Assembly: GCA_018650445.1 (NCBI GenBank)
Contig: JABIFX010000214.1
Coordinates: 2,174-66,173, forward strand
Length of the DNA stretch: 64,000 nt
Direction: 5' to 3'
DNA from: Fidelibacterota bacterium
GTDB taxonomy: Bacteria > Fidelibacterota > UBA8477 > JABMPR01
The notes under the pieces were generated by a model. It worked only from the letters and a program-made list of their open reading frames with translations. It had not been told where the DNA came from and did not search any database. Made by a program: the position numbers and the translations under genes. Positions 8,843 through 18,914 of this stretch are shown here, in pieces (the stretch's first letter is position 1; every line of letters starts with the position of its first letter).

Positions 8843-10285
8843 ATGAACATAGTCTTCGCTTCAGCTGAAGTTGCGCCTTACTCCAAGGCTGGTGGTCTGG
8901 CTGATGTCGCTGGAAGTCTGCCCCAGGCAATGGCTCCTTATGTAAACTCGGTTCAGGTTCTTACACCGCTGTACGGAGAAATTGACCAAAATAAATATGA
9001 CATTCACCCTACCACCATTCGTGGTAAAGTTGCTTTAGGTGATAAGGTCGCCCCCTATTCACTGTATCAAACCACTGACGTTGATCAAATTACTCAAATA
9101 GGATTTATTAGATGTGATCGCTTTTTTGGACGTGATGGTATCTACACAGAATCAGACGGTGAAGGGTTTGCAGACAATAATCTACGATATTTCTTTTTTC
9201 AATTGGTAGTGTTGGATCTGATTTCATCAGGAACACTCCCTACAGATATTTTGCATTGTAATGATCATCATACTGGACTTCTACCCCTTATGATGAAGGC
9301 CATGCACTTAAAAGTTAAAACCATTTTTACCATTCACAATTTTCTATACCATGGTCATTTCTCTACACAAGAGATAAGTTTACTACCCAAATCAACTGGT
9401 CCGCTCCTTACAAAAACCCAATTGGATAATTACAGTGCTCTTCTGGAAGGGATTGATCATAGTGATATTGTGACCACAGTGAGCCCAGGATACGCTCTGG
9501 AGCTCCTGGCAGGTGTGAATGTGGATGAGTATAGCCTTACGAGAATACAGGCTGTAGAGTCTAATTTCTATGGGATTGTGAATGGGATTGATACTGAGTA
9601 TTGGTCCCCCGAACATGATCAATTTACCCCATTTCATTTTTCAAAAGATGATCTTGCGGGAAAAAGAAAAAATAAAGCAGCATTATTGACAAAAGTTGGG
9701 CTATCTCCAGATATGGATGCGCCCCTTCTGGGATCCATTTCACGATTGGTTGAGAATAAGGGTTTCCCCTTAATTATTGAACTGCTGGACGAATTCGTTG
9801 AGTTGGGAGCAAAATTTATTTTTCTTGGATCTGGAAGTCCTGAAATTTCTGATCAACTGCAAAAAGCGAGTAAACGTCATCCACAACATATTGCATTTGA
9901 TGATGGATTTAATGAACCACTGGCCCATTTGATTGAGGCGGGTTCTGATATGTTTCTTATGCCCAGTAGATTTGAGCCCTGTGGATTGAATCAACTCTAC
10001 AGTTTACGATATGGTACTATTCCAATCGTCCATAGTACAGGCGGTCTCGGTGATACTGTTGATGCATGGACATCAGATTCAGGGACAGGATTTGTCTTTG
10101 AGCCTTATGCTATCAACGAGCTGCGAAAATCAATGGAACTGGCTCTCAAGGTATATCATTCAGAGTCAGATTGGATGACACTCATGCATAGAGCCATGTT
10201 AATGGATTTTTCATGGGATCAATCCGCCAAGCAATATTTACATTTATATAATCTTTTAATTGGAGGTTCGAGTGAAAATATCTGA
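8843..10285 (+). CDS. glgA: Glycogen synthase (ADP-glucose type, GT5)
   Basis: N-terminus is MNIVFASAEVAPYSKAGGLADVAGSLP, containing the KxGGL motif. At 480 aa it has both GT-B halves. Confidence 0.9.
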   Translation: MNIVFASAEVAPYSKAGGLADVAGSLPQAMAPYVNSVQVLTPLYGEIDQNKYDIHPTTIRGKVALGDKVAPYSLYQTTDVDQITQIGFIRCDRFFGRDGIYTESDGEGFADNNLRYFFFQLVVLDLISSGTLPTDILHCNDHHTGLLPLMMKAMHLKVKTIFTIHNFLYHGHFSTQEISLLPKSTGPLLTKTQLDNYSALLEGIDHSDIVTTVSPGYALELLAGVNVDEYSLTRIQAVESNFYGIVNGIDTEYWSPEHDQFTPFHFSKDDLAGKRKNKAALLTKVGLSPDMDAPLLGSISRLVENKGFPLIIELLDEFVELGAKFIFLGSGSPEISDQLQKASKRHPQHIAFDDGFNEPLAHLIEAGSDMFLMPSRFEPCGLNQLYSLRYGTIPIVHSTGGLGDTVDAWTSDSGTGFVFEPYAINELRKSMELALKVYHSESDWMTLMHRAMLMDFSWDQSAKQYLHLYNLLIGGSSENI

Positions 10286-11516
10286 AGTGCGTTTGGGAGC
10301 TATTATCCTTGGTGGTGGGCGTGGAGAAAGATTGGCCCCTCTGACTTCCTATCGAGCAAAACCAGCGGTACATATTGGGGGTAAATATCGCTTGATTGAT
10401 GTCCCTATTAGCAACTGCATTAACTCCGGGATTAACCTCATACACGTATTGACTCAATTCAATACCACATCCTTACATCGACACATCTCCCGTACCTACA
10501 AATTTGATATCTATTCTGGTGGTGACATTGAAATATTGGCTGCCCAGCAAACAGCTAAGAACAAAGATTGGTTCCAGGGCACAGCTGATGCTGTGAGATC
10601 TTATTGGGATAGATTCGAGCAGATGAATGCCACTCATTATATCATTTTAGCTGGTGATCATCTCTATAAAATGGATTATTCCGAGTTTTTTGATCATCAT
10701 CTTGCTACTGGAGCTGATGTATCCGTAGGTGTTAGACCCATGCCTTGCTCTACTGCTCCTGAACTGGGCATTTTAAAAGCCAATAGTGATGACGAGATTA
10801 CCAGATTTGTTGAAAAACCACAGTCTGATGAACTCATTGAGGAATTAGCGGATATCATGGATGGCGAGAAAAAAGTATTGGCTTCCATGGGTATATATAT
10901 TTTCAATAAAGAAGTACTTACTGAAGTATTAAAAATTCAAGGCGATGATTTCGGTAAAAATATCATCCCCCACGCCATTAATACCCTCAAAACTACTGCC
11001 TTCAGATTTAAGGGTTATTGGGAAGATATTGGGACAATTCGAACATTCTTTGAGTCGAGCATTGCGCTGACAAAAGAGAATCCAAATTTTACTTTTTACA
11101 ACGAAGAGAATCCAGTCTATACACGACAAAGGTTCTTACCTGGCAGTGAGATTCGTGGAGCTAAAATTGACCACTCAATCATTTCTGAAGGCTGCAAGGT
11201 TGGTAATGCTCAGCTCAAGGATTCAATTATCGGTATTCGAAGTATAATTGGAGATGGTGTTAAACTTGATCGAACCTACTTCATGGGGGCTGATCTATAT
11301 GACAATGACGAATCACAGTCTATCATTCCAATGGGAGTCGGTGAAAATTCTATTCTATCCAATGTCATCGCAGATAAGAATGTACGCATAGGTAAGAATG
11401 TTAAATTGACTAACAAGGATAACCTCAAAGAGTTCAGCAGTGACATAATCACAATAAAGGATGGTATCATCATTATCCCGAAGAACGTGACAGTTCCTGA
11501 CAATTTTGAGATTTAG
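10272..11516 (+). CDS. glgC: Glucose-1-phosphate adenylyltransferase
   Basis: GGGRGERLAPLT motif and a left-handed beta-helix C-terminus. GTG 10272 has GGAGG 5 nt upstream and is preferred over the track TTG 10260. It overlaps the glgA stop by 14 nt. Confidence 0.9.
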   Translation: MKISEVRLGAIILGGGRGERLAPLTSYRAKPAVHIGGKYRLIDVPISNCINSGINLIHVLTQFNTTSLHRHISRTYKFDIYSGGDIEILAAQQTAKNKDWFQGTADAVRSYWDRFEQMNATHYIILAGDHLYKMDYSEFFDHHLATGADVSVGVRPMPCSTAPELGILKANSDDEITRFVEKPQSDELIEELADIMDGEKKVLASMGIYIFNKEVLTEVLKIQGDDFGKNIIPHAINTLKTTAFRFKGYWEDIGTIRTFFESSIALTKENPNFTFYNEENPVYTRQRFLPGSEIRGAKIDHSIISEGCKVGNAQLKDSIIGIRSIIGDGVKLDRTYFMGADLYDNDESQSIIPMGVGENSILSNVIADKNVRIGKNVKLTNKDNLKEFSSDIITIKDGIIIIPKNVTVPDNFEI

Positions 11517-11582
11517 GCTAAGTTTTTTAAAAGTTGATGTACGGGGAAGGCTTTTACCAGCAGACTGCTAATCAGGCTCGAG

Positions 11583-11867
11583 CTATTTATCCTTGGTGCT
11601 GGAGGCTTTGGTAGCTTTGGATTCAGATGATGTTGAAGTAGCAGATTTCTTTTTGGATTTTACGGTTTCAGTTTTCTCTGCTTTTCCTTTGGCATAGTCG
11701 GTGATGTAAAATCCAGACCCTTTAAAAATAAGTCCACTACCACCACTAATGATTCTCCTGACACTTCCTTTGCAATGGACACACTTCTCCAAATGAGAAT
11801 CAGACATTTTCTGGAAAGCATCGAAATGATTACCACAACTCAGGCATTCATATTCATATGTGGGCAT
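11583..11867 (-). CDS. FmdB-family zinc-ribbon protein with S/T/K-rich tail
   Basis: MPTYEYECLSCGNHFDAFQKMSD...CVHCKG shows the two CxxC pairs of the FmdB/CxxC_CxxC_SSSS family. Confidence 0.8.
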   Translation of the reverse strand: MPTYEYECLSCGNHFDAFQKMSDSHLEKCVHCKGSVRRIISGGSGLIFKGSGFYITDYAKGKAEKTETVKSKKKSATSTSSESKATKASSTKDK

Positions 11868-11884
11868 TATCTTAAACCTTAATC

Positions 11885-12376
11885 TTAAGTATTTATGTGG
11901 AACTTTTCATGAAGAACTTCAGCGACGTATGGTGTGACAAAAGAACTGATATCACCACCAAAACTTGATACTTCTCTGACAATGGTTGAATTCAAATGCG
12001 TGTAGGCTTCATGGGGCATCAGAAATACTTGAACCAGATCAGGATACAAAGTTCTATTCACGAGGGCCATCTGAAACTCAAATTCAAAGTCTGACATAGC
12101 TCTCAAGCCTCTGATCATGGCAACCGCTTTCAATTTGCGGGCATAATCAACGATGAGACCATCAAAATAGGTTACTTTGACATTTTCAAGGTGGGCAGTC
12201 GTCCTTTCGATCATTTCCATACGTTCTTCAACAGTGAATAAAGGTTTTTTACCTATATTCCTTCCAACTGCTACCACGACTTCATCGAAAACAGAAACGG
12301 CTCTTTCAATAATGTCGAGATGACCCAGAGTGATTGGATCAAAAGTACCTGGGTATATGGCTAATCGCTTTTTCAT
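11885..12376 (-). CDS. coaD: Phosphopantetheine adenylyltransferase
   Basis: MKKRLAIYPGTFDPITLGHLDII. The start is moved to ATG 12376, just after the rsmD stop at 12378; the track start 12415 would overlap rsmD. Confidence 0.9.
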   Translation of the reverse strand: MKKRLAIYPGTFDPITLGHLDIIERAVSVFDEVVVAVGRNIGKKPLFTVEERMEMIERTTAHLENVKVTYFDGLIVDYARKLKAVAMIRGLRAMSDFEFEFQMALVNRTLYPDLVQVFLMPHEAYTHLNSTIVREVSSFGGDISSFVTPYVAEVLHEKFHINT

Positions 12377-12377
12377 T

Positions 12378-12908
12378 TCAGTGCGCCTTATATATTTGAA
12401 TTCTTGTTTCTGCAACCACTTTTTCTTTTAGCAATTTGAATTTATCTGAGTCAAGAGTGATTTCATCTCTTCTGGCAGATTCATAGACAAAATAAGCATT
12501 CTCAGCACTATGTGCCTCAATTAGATGCATTATTGTTGAAGAAAGTTTCTCTGCATACGGCGGGTCTGCGAGGATCAGATCAAATTTTTGATTCAATTTT
12601 CTGAGTACTCCCTGAACATCTCCAACATATGCCTTGAAATATTTTTGGCGATCCCTCATCCAGAGTTTCTGTTCATTGATATATTTACTATCTCTGTCGA
12701 TTGATACCAGGGTAGCAGCCCCACGACTCAGTGCTTCGAACCCTAAAGCACCAGTGCCACTGTATAGATCCAATACATTCAAGTCCATTACATCCCGCAA
12801 GGTGTCAAATAATATGGTACGAGCGCGATCCGTCGTCGGTCTAACCGACCCTGACTTAAGCTTGGGTAGCGGATGTCCCCTCCACTCCCCGGCTATAATG
12901 CGGGTCAT
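12378..12908 (-). CDS. rsmD: 16S rRNA (guanine966-N2)-methyltransferase RsmD-like
   Basis: RPTTDRARTILFDTL and ADPPY motifs. The rsmD-coaD pairing is classical. Confidence 0.85.
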   Translation of the reverse strand: MTRIIAGEWRGHPLPKLKSGSVRPTTDRARTILFDTLRDVMDLNVLDLYSGTGALGFEALSRGAATLVSIDRDSKYINEQKLWMRDRQKYFKAYVGDVQGVLRKLNQKFDLILADPPYAEKLSSTIMHLIEAHSAENAYFVYESARRDEITLDSDKFKLLKEKVVAETRIQIYKAH

Positions 12909-14083
12909 GGTGAGTAATTAAAAAAGGTGACGCTGAATGTGAGAACGAGAGTTTCACTTTGAAAATCAATATCAATTGATCCGATGAGGTAATTGCTCCG
13001 TGATTCAGACCATGATGAAAGGATATACTGAATTTCCTGAGCAGAACCTGAGAATACAATCTGAACAGGATTATCGTCCGTCTGACGAACAGGATCAATG
13101 ACAATTTCCTCTAAATATTCGGTAAATGGGTTTGCCAGAATATCTAACAGCCGCATGGCATCAAAGGATTGACCTTGAAAATCTTTTTCAGCATTCATGA
13201 TAATCTCAAATTTGCTGGAAATATTTGCTGTACCCGAGCTATAGTCCTCATTGTAGGAGCCCAGCACGAATTTATCCAGAGTGGATTTCATTTCTGCGAC
13301 CCATTCACCACCCCGAGGGGCAGTCATTGAGAGAGCATCTCTCTTTAGAAATAGATGCCCAGAGCCATATTCAATCGGGAAATTACTAACCATTTCTGTA
13401 ACCATGAGTAACAGAGAGCGATTGTTTATGATGGAAATATCATCATCTGTAAGATTAACGACTTCTTCGGAAACCTGTGTGAACTCCTGATATACAATAA
13501 CCGTGTCTCTTCCACCAGGTAATTGGACATGCAAAGATTCTGGTTTGGCACTGGCAATTGAATCTGCCAGAGCTGCGATGTCCTCAGTCATTGGCATGAG
13601 TTCATTAAAGACTTCATCTGGCAGCACTTCTTCTGAAGTCACATCATCGATGACCAAAGAATCTCCAGAAAAATACTCATCATACTGGTCAAGCTCTGTG
13701 TCATCCTCTATTGGGAGAACGGGATCTATGCCTAAGAGGTCGTATACATATTCCTCGGCCATATCGATGGTAGAAAATAATATCCCTTTATCATGTAGAT
13801 AATATGCAGTTATTGAAACCATCAGGATCAAGAGAATAAATTCACGCAGGGGATTTCTTTTGCTGTCTTTTTTCTTTTTCCCGGCCTTTGATTTGGCCTG
13901 CGGTTCAGTTGTTTCGCTCTCGATGTTCTCTTCATCATGAGTATCCGGTTTGTGCGCTGTACGGCGTCTACGCATGGTTTCAGCAATAAGTTCATCTTCA
14001 GATAGCTCAGGGGTTGAGGATTCATCAGCCAGAAACTTCCTGGGTTCAAGAATTCCTCGGTCTTTTCTAAGATCAATTTTCAC
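12905..14083 (-). CDS. Hypothetical bitopic membrane protein (392 aa)
   Basis: Charged N-terminal region of about 80 aa (KSKAGKKKKDSKR), one TM (FILLILMVSITAYYL) and an acidic extracytoplasmic domain. It overlaps both neighbours (ATGA with rsmD, 11 nt with the upstream gene). I recognise no family. Confidence 0.6.
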   Translation of the reverse strand: MKIDLRKDRGILEPRKFLADESSTPELSEDELIAETMRRRRTAHKPDTHDEENIESETTEPQAKSKAGKKKKDSKRNPLREFILLILMVSITAYYLHDKGILFSTIDMAEEYVYDLLGIDPVLPIEDDTELDQYDEYFSGDSLVIDDVTSEEVLPDEVFNELMPMTEDIAALADSIASAKPESLHVQLPGGRDTVIVYQEFTQVSEEVVNLTDDDISIINNRSLLLMVTEMVSNFPIEYGSGHLFLKRDALSMTAPRGGEWVAEMKSTLDKFVLGSYNEDYSSGTANISSKFEIIMNAEKDFQGQSFDAMRLLDILANPFTEYLEEIVIDPVRQTDDNPVQIVFSGSAQEIQYILSSWSESRSNYLIGSIDIDFQSETLVLTFSVTFFNYSP

Positions 14084-15014
14084 TGAAGCGCTCCTGTATT
14101 TCTACATTCAGAGCACCGAGGACAGCTGCATATTCATCAACATTCTCAGTATCCGGATCTTTAAAATTAAAATGATTACCAAGCTTAAGCGGTTGGCAAC
14201 TCACTTCATAATTTTCCAGGTTGCTCAGCAGAGATGGATCACCAGTGGAAGAGAAGTAGAATAAATTCGTAATTACATTATCAGGATCGCGTTTGCCTTT
14301 AATCGCTCTCTCGATGGCTTCCTTCACAAGTTGAATAAGGCTGGCATCCCCCCGGACATGATCTAGTGTAATTTTGTAATCCCAATTCAGTGACCCATGA
14401 AAAAGTCCTGAAAATTCCTGGTTTTGGTACATTTGACAGTTAATCGTATTTTCACGATTTTCCAAGACGACTTGAATTCCACCTTCAAAATCAAGGAGCT
14501 TGGTGGCGGTTAGGATATTGCCAACGGCTTCCATCTCGGTAATGACCTTCTTTAATTCTAATTCGGAAGGTCCGAAAATCCGTTCTACCCATGAGTCAAA
14601 AGATTGAGGGATGGCCATAGAGAGATATTGAGTCGCCTTGGCTGAAGATCGATTAAGTTCCTGGTGAACCATAGAATATTGAGAAACTGATCCTTCCAGC
14701 ATCTCTTTCATATACCAATTGAGATATTTATTTAGATCATTCCCGGTCAAAGCCCCATCTACGGGATGAATTCCAAGTGGAAACCAGTCGCTATCGATGA
14801 CAAGATGGGTAGTTGTATCTGGAAAATCGGTAGAATTTCGAATGGAAGAGATTTTCTCAGCCAAAGCCATGATGACGTGAGTATTCGTCATGTCTGGGTT
14901 CTGAAATTCCTCACTCAAACTAACTTTACCAAGACTCTCGATAAATGGTGTGCCTTTAAAATTCACCAGTTGAGCAAATTTAATAGTACTTCGAGATATG
15001 TGAATTGCCAGCAT
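14073..15014 (-). CDS. PilM/FtsA-like actin-fold protein, degenerate nucleotide site (tentative)
   Basis: MLAIHISRSTIKFAQLVNFKGTPFIESLGKV parallels PilM LGIDISSTSVKLLEL...YKVEAY. The C-terminal AAVLGALN parallels PilM ACGLALR. The phosphate-1 Asp is replaced (HIS instead of DIS/DIG). Confidence 0.45.
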   Translation of the reverse strand: MLAIHISRSTIKFAQLVNFKGTPFIESLGKVSLSEEFQNPDMTNTHVIMALAEKISSIRNSTDFPDTTTHLVIDSDWFPLGIHPVDGALTGNDLNKYLNWYMKEMLEGSVSQYSMVHQELNRSSAKATQYLSMAIPQSFDSWVERIFGPSELELKKVITEMEAVGNILTATKLLDFEGGIQVVLENRENTINCQMYQNQEFSGLFHGSLNWDYKITLDHVRGDASLIQLVKEAIERAIKGKRDPDNVITNLFYFSSTGDPSLLSNLENYEVSCQPLKLGNHFNFKDPDTENVDEYAAVLGALNVEIQERFSEN

Positions 15015-15028
15015 AATGTGTTAGCCTA

Positions 15029-17260
15029 TTACTTGGCCCAGCTCTCCTCACCGTCAACCAGACTACCGTGGGTTGAATCAATCTGGGTAAAGAAAACATA
15101 TCGTCTGGTTTCAATTGGATGTGCTATTGGGGACTCAATGCTCAGATTCACATTATTTCTCACAGTAATGCGATATGGTAATTCTGTTACTGTACATTGT
15201 GTCAGCGCAGAATCAAACAGATAGTGAGAGAATAGTTGCTTCTTGATGTATTTTTTATTGATTGTCGTATCAACCCAGCCACCAAAGGAATCTTTCCCCA
15301 TGAAGAGATCCTTTTCATTGTCTCCGGCAACAAATTCATCAGAGACAATACTGAGACTATCAATCTGAATAGAGTCAAACTCAGCATAACTGTCAACAAT
15401 CTGGAATAAATTTTCGAGCAGGCTATCTCCAGCAAAAACAAGGATGAATTTATCTATGCCGAAAAAGACTTTCTCTACGTAGGCAGTATCACTTTTTTCC
15501 AGGATATTCATTGACAGTACGCTATCGGTACCATTGAAATCATAACGATAGTCGGAATTAGCCAATGGGGTCAGGAAGGGCAATGAATCGAGGGAGAAAT
15601 CCTGGGACACGCCAACCTTGTTTCTATACCAGACACCATTAAAGGTACTATCATCAATTTGCACGACAGTATCACGGGCTATGGTGAATGTGGTATCATA
15701 TTCAGATAGGTAGCTTGGGAAGACATCTACCAGCAATGTATCAGCGGCGAATTCTATTACCTGTTCACCATGCCAGTCAAGTGTATCGACACCTGCCATA
15801 TGCTCTGCAATTCCGACAATCTCACCGGCCTGCGTGTGTACATTAATGAATTCACCAGTGAGTTTCTCGGCCAGTTTTAAATTCATATCATCGTACTTAC
15901 GCAAGAATTCGTCGTAAACATTCACATTAAATGTATCAGTCTCGACTTCAACGACTTGCCATTTCAGAAAATCATATTTTTTAATAAGTCTTGCAGCCAC
16001 ATACTCCACCACTTCAACCGCAGCTTTTTCCCAGTCCAGATCACTCATATTCACAACAGATTTATAGTAGGCTTGTTCCAGACTCACTTTATGAAAATAT
16101 TCTGAAACATTAGTGTGAACGTTAATGTTAAATACAGCCTCTGTTAAGTCTATATCCAAATGGATTGAGTCCAATCCAGCATTGGGGCTGTCCATAGAAT
16201 CCAGGGCGACAGCTATGACCTGCTCAGCAATGTAAGGACTTGGTTCAGAATACCCGGTTAAGCGTTTGTATAAGTTGTTCCTGCGTTTTGCAAGGGCGGC
16301 TTCCATATCCCCTACTTTGACTTCAACGGGGATCTCAATTTCAATACCACTTGTGTCAGAATACATCAGGGCCATATAGTCAGGCATGGTTTCCAGAGTA
16401 TCGTTTACTAAAAGGAACTCTGCCAGTGCCATATCATAAAGTGTGTCACCATATGTAGCTGAATCATATGAATCAAATACAAATGGTTTCTTTAATGTTT
16501 CCAGAGTTTTCGCCATAGTTTCCTCGAAAGTAGCAGGAATGATGAAATCAACCCTTACATCGCCATCATAGATACCGCGAAACTCAGTACGACCTGAAAG
16601 TTCTGGATTTTTCGCGATGCTATCCATGACTGCATCAACCAGAGGATTAGAGAAGGATGGATATTTTGTGTAACTCGTGGTAAGTGCATTGAACATAGAA
16701 GTCTTAATATTCTGATATAAAATATCGAACTTGTCAGAAACAGTGAAGTTCAAATTTACACTATCAATTTCCATACTTTGGTCACCAACGTAGTTACCTG
16801 CATCAAAGAGAGTTTTAATACTATCAAGAACGAGGTTAATAGAATTTGGATCCATATTGTGGTTGGGCTCGAGGGTTTTGAATAGCTCAAGATGCAACTC
16901 AGTGTATAATTTTTTGTATTCATCAGAATAGTTGACTGAAATGGATTTGGGAGCCAGGGGTATTCTCTGGATACCATAATAGCTATAATTGGTATCCATG
17001 GTTGCCGCAAGCAGGCTGTCTTTGACACTGTTAACTACGAGTAAAAGTTGATCAGGATCTGTCGTATACTCTTTAACCAATTGATAATGCAGTTTTTCAG
17101 CAAGACTTACAGCATTCATCCGAAATCTAGCCGCATCACGGAGTTCGGCTTCATAATCCCAGATAGTCTTAGGAAGATATATCACACTGATAAACAGTGC
17201 GATCAGAACAATAATTATTATTGAATTGGTTCTGTGGTTAGCGAAAACATCTTTAATCAC
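15029..17260 (-). CDS. Hypothetical 743-aa bitopic membrane protein
   Basis: Single N-terminal TM (IIIIVLIALFISVIYL) followed by PKTIWDYEAELRDAARFRMNAVSLAEKLHYQL, then a large acidic domain. The post-TM helix loosely resembles a pilin alpha-1 helix, but the G-1/E+5 prepilin signature is absent. Confidence 0.6.
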   Translation of the reverse strand: MIKDVFANHRTNSIIIIVLIALFISVIYLPKTIWDYEAELRDAARFRMNAVSLAEKLHYQLVKEYTTDPDQLLLVVNSVKDSLLAATMDTNYSYYGIQRIPLAPKSISVNYSDEYKKLYTELHLELFKTLEPNHNMDPNSINLVLDSIKTLFDAGNYVGDQSMEIDSVNLNFTVSDKFDILYQNIKTSMFNALTTSYTKYPSFSNPLVDAVMDSIAKNPELSGRTEFRGIYDGDVRVDFIIPATFEETMAKTLETLKKPFVFDSYDSATYGDTLYDMALAEFLLVNDTLETMPDYMALMYSDTSGIEIEIPVEVKVGDMEAALAKRRNNLYKRLTGYSEPSPYIAEQVIAVALDSMDSPNAGLDSIHLDIDLTEAVFNINVHTNVSEYFHKVSLEQAYYKSVVNMSDLDWEKAAVEVVEYVAARLIKKYDFLKWQVVEVETDTFNVNVYDEFLRKYDDMNLKLAEKLTGEFINVHTQAGEIVGIAEHMAGVDTLDWHGEQVIEFAADTLLVDVFPSYLSEYDTTFTIARDTVVQIDDSTFNGVWYRNKVGVSQDFSLDSLPFLTPLANSDYRYDFNGTDSVLSMNILEKSDTAYVEKVFFGIDKFILVFAGDSLLENLFQIVDSYAEFDSIQIDSLSIVSDEFVAGDNEKDLFMGKDSFGGWVDTTINKKYIKKQLFSHYLFDSALTQCTVTELPYRITVRNNVNLSIESPIAHPIETRRYVFFTQIDSTHGSLVDGEESWAK

Positions 17261-17273
17261 GAGTCCTCCTCGA

Positions 17274-17729
17274 CTACTCTGTCGTAACTAAACCCTCAAG
17301 ACGGGTATATATTTTTTCTCCGATCCCCTTAACGAGGATAATATCAGATTTATTCTTAAATGGACCATTTTGATCCGTATAAGCTTTAATTCTTTTTGCT
17401 TTGGCTGGGCCAATACCTGGCAGTTCAGCAAGTTCACTTATTCCAGCCGTATTCAAATTAACAAGTTTGACTCCACCTACGCTCACTTCTGACGACATAT
17501 CAATTATCGTAGAGTCAGGAGTTGAAATGGCTTTGTCAACAAACTGGATCGAGTCAGAATTAATCTGCTCTGCAATCTTTTTGAATTGCTGCTCTTCTTC
17601 GTAAAAGCGATTCGGAGCTAACTGATTTTCAAGATGCTGATTTCTAACCAGCCTTAGAACCGCGCCTACTCCCAGTGTGACAACTAAAAAGTAAATTACG
17701 ATTCGTTCCTGGCGGGTAAAATTTAGCAA
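17274..17729 (-). CDS. comEA: ComEA-family helix-hairpin-helix DNA-binding protein
   Basis: TTG start and N-terminal TM. The C-terminal region has VNLNTAGISELAELPGIGPAKAKRIKAYTDQNGPFKNKSDIILVKGIGEK, a tandem HhH. Confidence 0.8.
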   Translation of the reverse strand: MLNFTRQERIVIYFLVVTLGVGAVLRLVRNQHLENQLAPNRFYEEEQQFKKIAEQINSDSIQFVDKAISTPDSTIIDMSSEVSVGGVKLVNLNTAGISELAELPGIGPAKAKRIKAYTDQNGPFKNKSDIILVKGIGEKIYTRLEGLVTTE

Positions 17730-17742
17730 GTTTCCTGCCTCA

Positions 17743-18912
17743 TCATAGTAAGGATTTTATTTTTCTAAAGATACTACTCTTGTTGCCCTTGCTTTTTTGT
17801 CCACTGTAATAGTCAGCGAGCTGTTTATACAGCGCTTTCTCTTCTTTGCTGGGCTTGACAGGTGTTTCGATCTGAATCTTTACCATTTGATCACCAACCA
17901 TATGGCTATTAATACGTGGAATACCCTTGCCCCTTAATCTCAGGAGTTTCCCTGACTGAGAACCAGCAGGGATCTTCAAATTGACTTTGCCCGTCAGCGT
18001 TGGGATTTCCAATTCTGTGCCTGTAACAGCTTGGGCAATATTAATACCCAGTTCAAGATAGATATTGTCCTCATCTCGAATGAATAAGTCATGTTCTTTT
18101 TCATCAATTAGAACAATCAAGTCGCCGTGCTGTCCACCGCGTCTGGCTGAATTGCCTTCACCTTTGAGGGTCATGTAATTGCCTGCATGAACACCAGCTG
18201 GAATTTTGGCCGATACAACCGATTCTTTCCGTGCTCTTCCATCACCATTACAGGTCTTACATGGGTGAGCGATGATCTCACCAGTACCATCACAATTTGA
18301 ACAAGGTTGAATATTTACAAATTGACCAAACATTGATCGGGAAACCTGTTGAACTTCTCCTCGTCCATGACAGACTGAGCAAGTTGTTTTACTGGCTTTA
18401 TCCCGAGCACCGGAGCCATCACAATCGTTGCAAGATTCAAATCGTTTGACTTTCATCTTCTTGGTAACACCAGCAGCAATTTCTTCAAGTGTAAGTGGCA
18501 ATTTTATTTTAAGATCTGAACCTCTGGCACGTCCCCGGGAGCGAGATCCACCTCCACCACCAAATATATCTCCAAAGCCACCCCCTCCGCCACCGCCGAA
18601 TCCATCCATAAAGATTCGTAGCGCATCGGACAGATCAACACCAAAACCACCCCCACCAAAACCGTCAAACGGACTACCGCCCATTCCTCCTTCAGGAGCA
18701 TGACCGAATTGATCGTAGTGAGCTTTTTTCTGCTCGTCATTTAAGACTGAGTATGCTTCAGCCGCTTCTTTAAATTTTGCTTCAGCTTCTTTATCGCCGG
18801 GATTTTTGTCAGGATGATACTTCATCGCAATCTGGCGGTAAGATTTTTTTACATCTGCTTTATTGGCCCCTTTGGATAGACCAAGCACTTCATAGTAATC
18901 GCGTTTTGCCAT
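17743..18912 (-). CDS. dnaJ: Chaperone DnaJ
   Basis: J-domain with HPDKN, a G/F-rich linker and four CxxCxGxG zinc-finger repeats (CNDCDGSG, CSVCHGRG, CSNCDGTG, CKTCNGDG). Confidence 0.95.
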   Translation of the reverse strand: MAKRDYYEVLGLSKGANKADVKKSYRQIAMKYHPDKNPGDKEAEAKFKEAAEAYSVLNDEQKKAHYDQFGHAPEGGMGGSPFDGFGGGGFGVDLSDALRIFMDGFGGGGGGGFGDIFGGGGGSRSRGRARGSDLKIKLPLTLEEIAAGVTKKMKVKRFESCNDCDGSGARDKASKTTCSVCHGRGEVQQVSRSMFGQFVNIQPCSNCDGTGEIIAHPCKTCNGDGRARKESVVSAKIPAGVHAGNYMTLKGEGNSARRGGQHGDLIVLIDEKEHDLFIRDEDNIYLELGINIAQAVTGTELEIPTLTGKVNLKIPAGSQSGKLLRLRGKGIPRINSHMVGDQMVKIQIETPVKPSKEEKALYKQLADYYSGQKSKGNKSSIFRKIKSLL

Positions 18913-18914
18913 AA

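Noticed and set aside
18428-18703. 91-aa proline-rich ORF on the plus strand
   Set aside because: It is the antisense reading of the Gly/Phe-rich linker of dnaJ (GGx codons read as Pro on the opposite strand), so it is an artefact.
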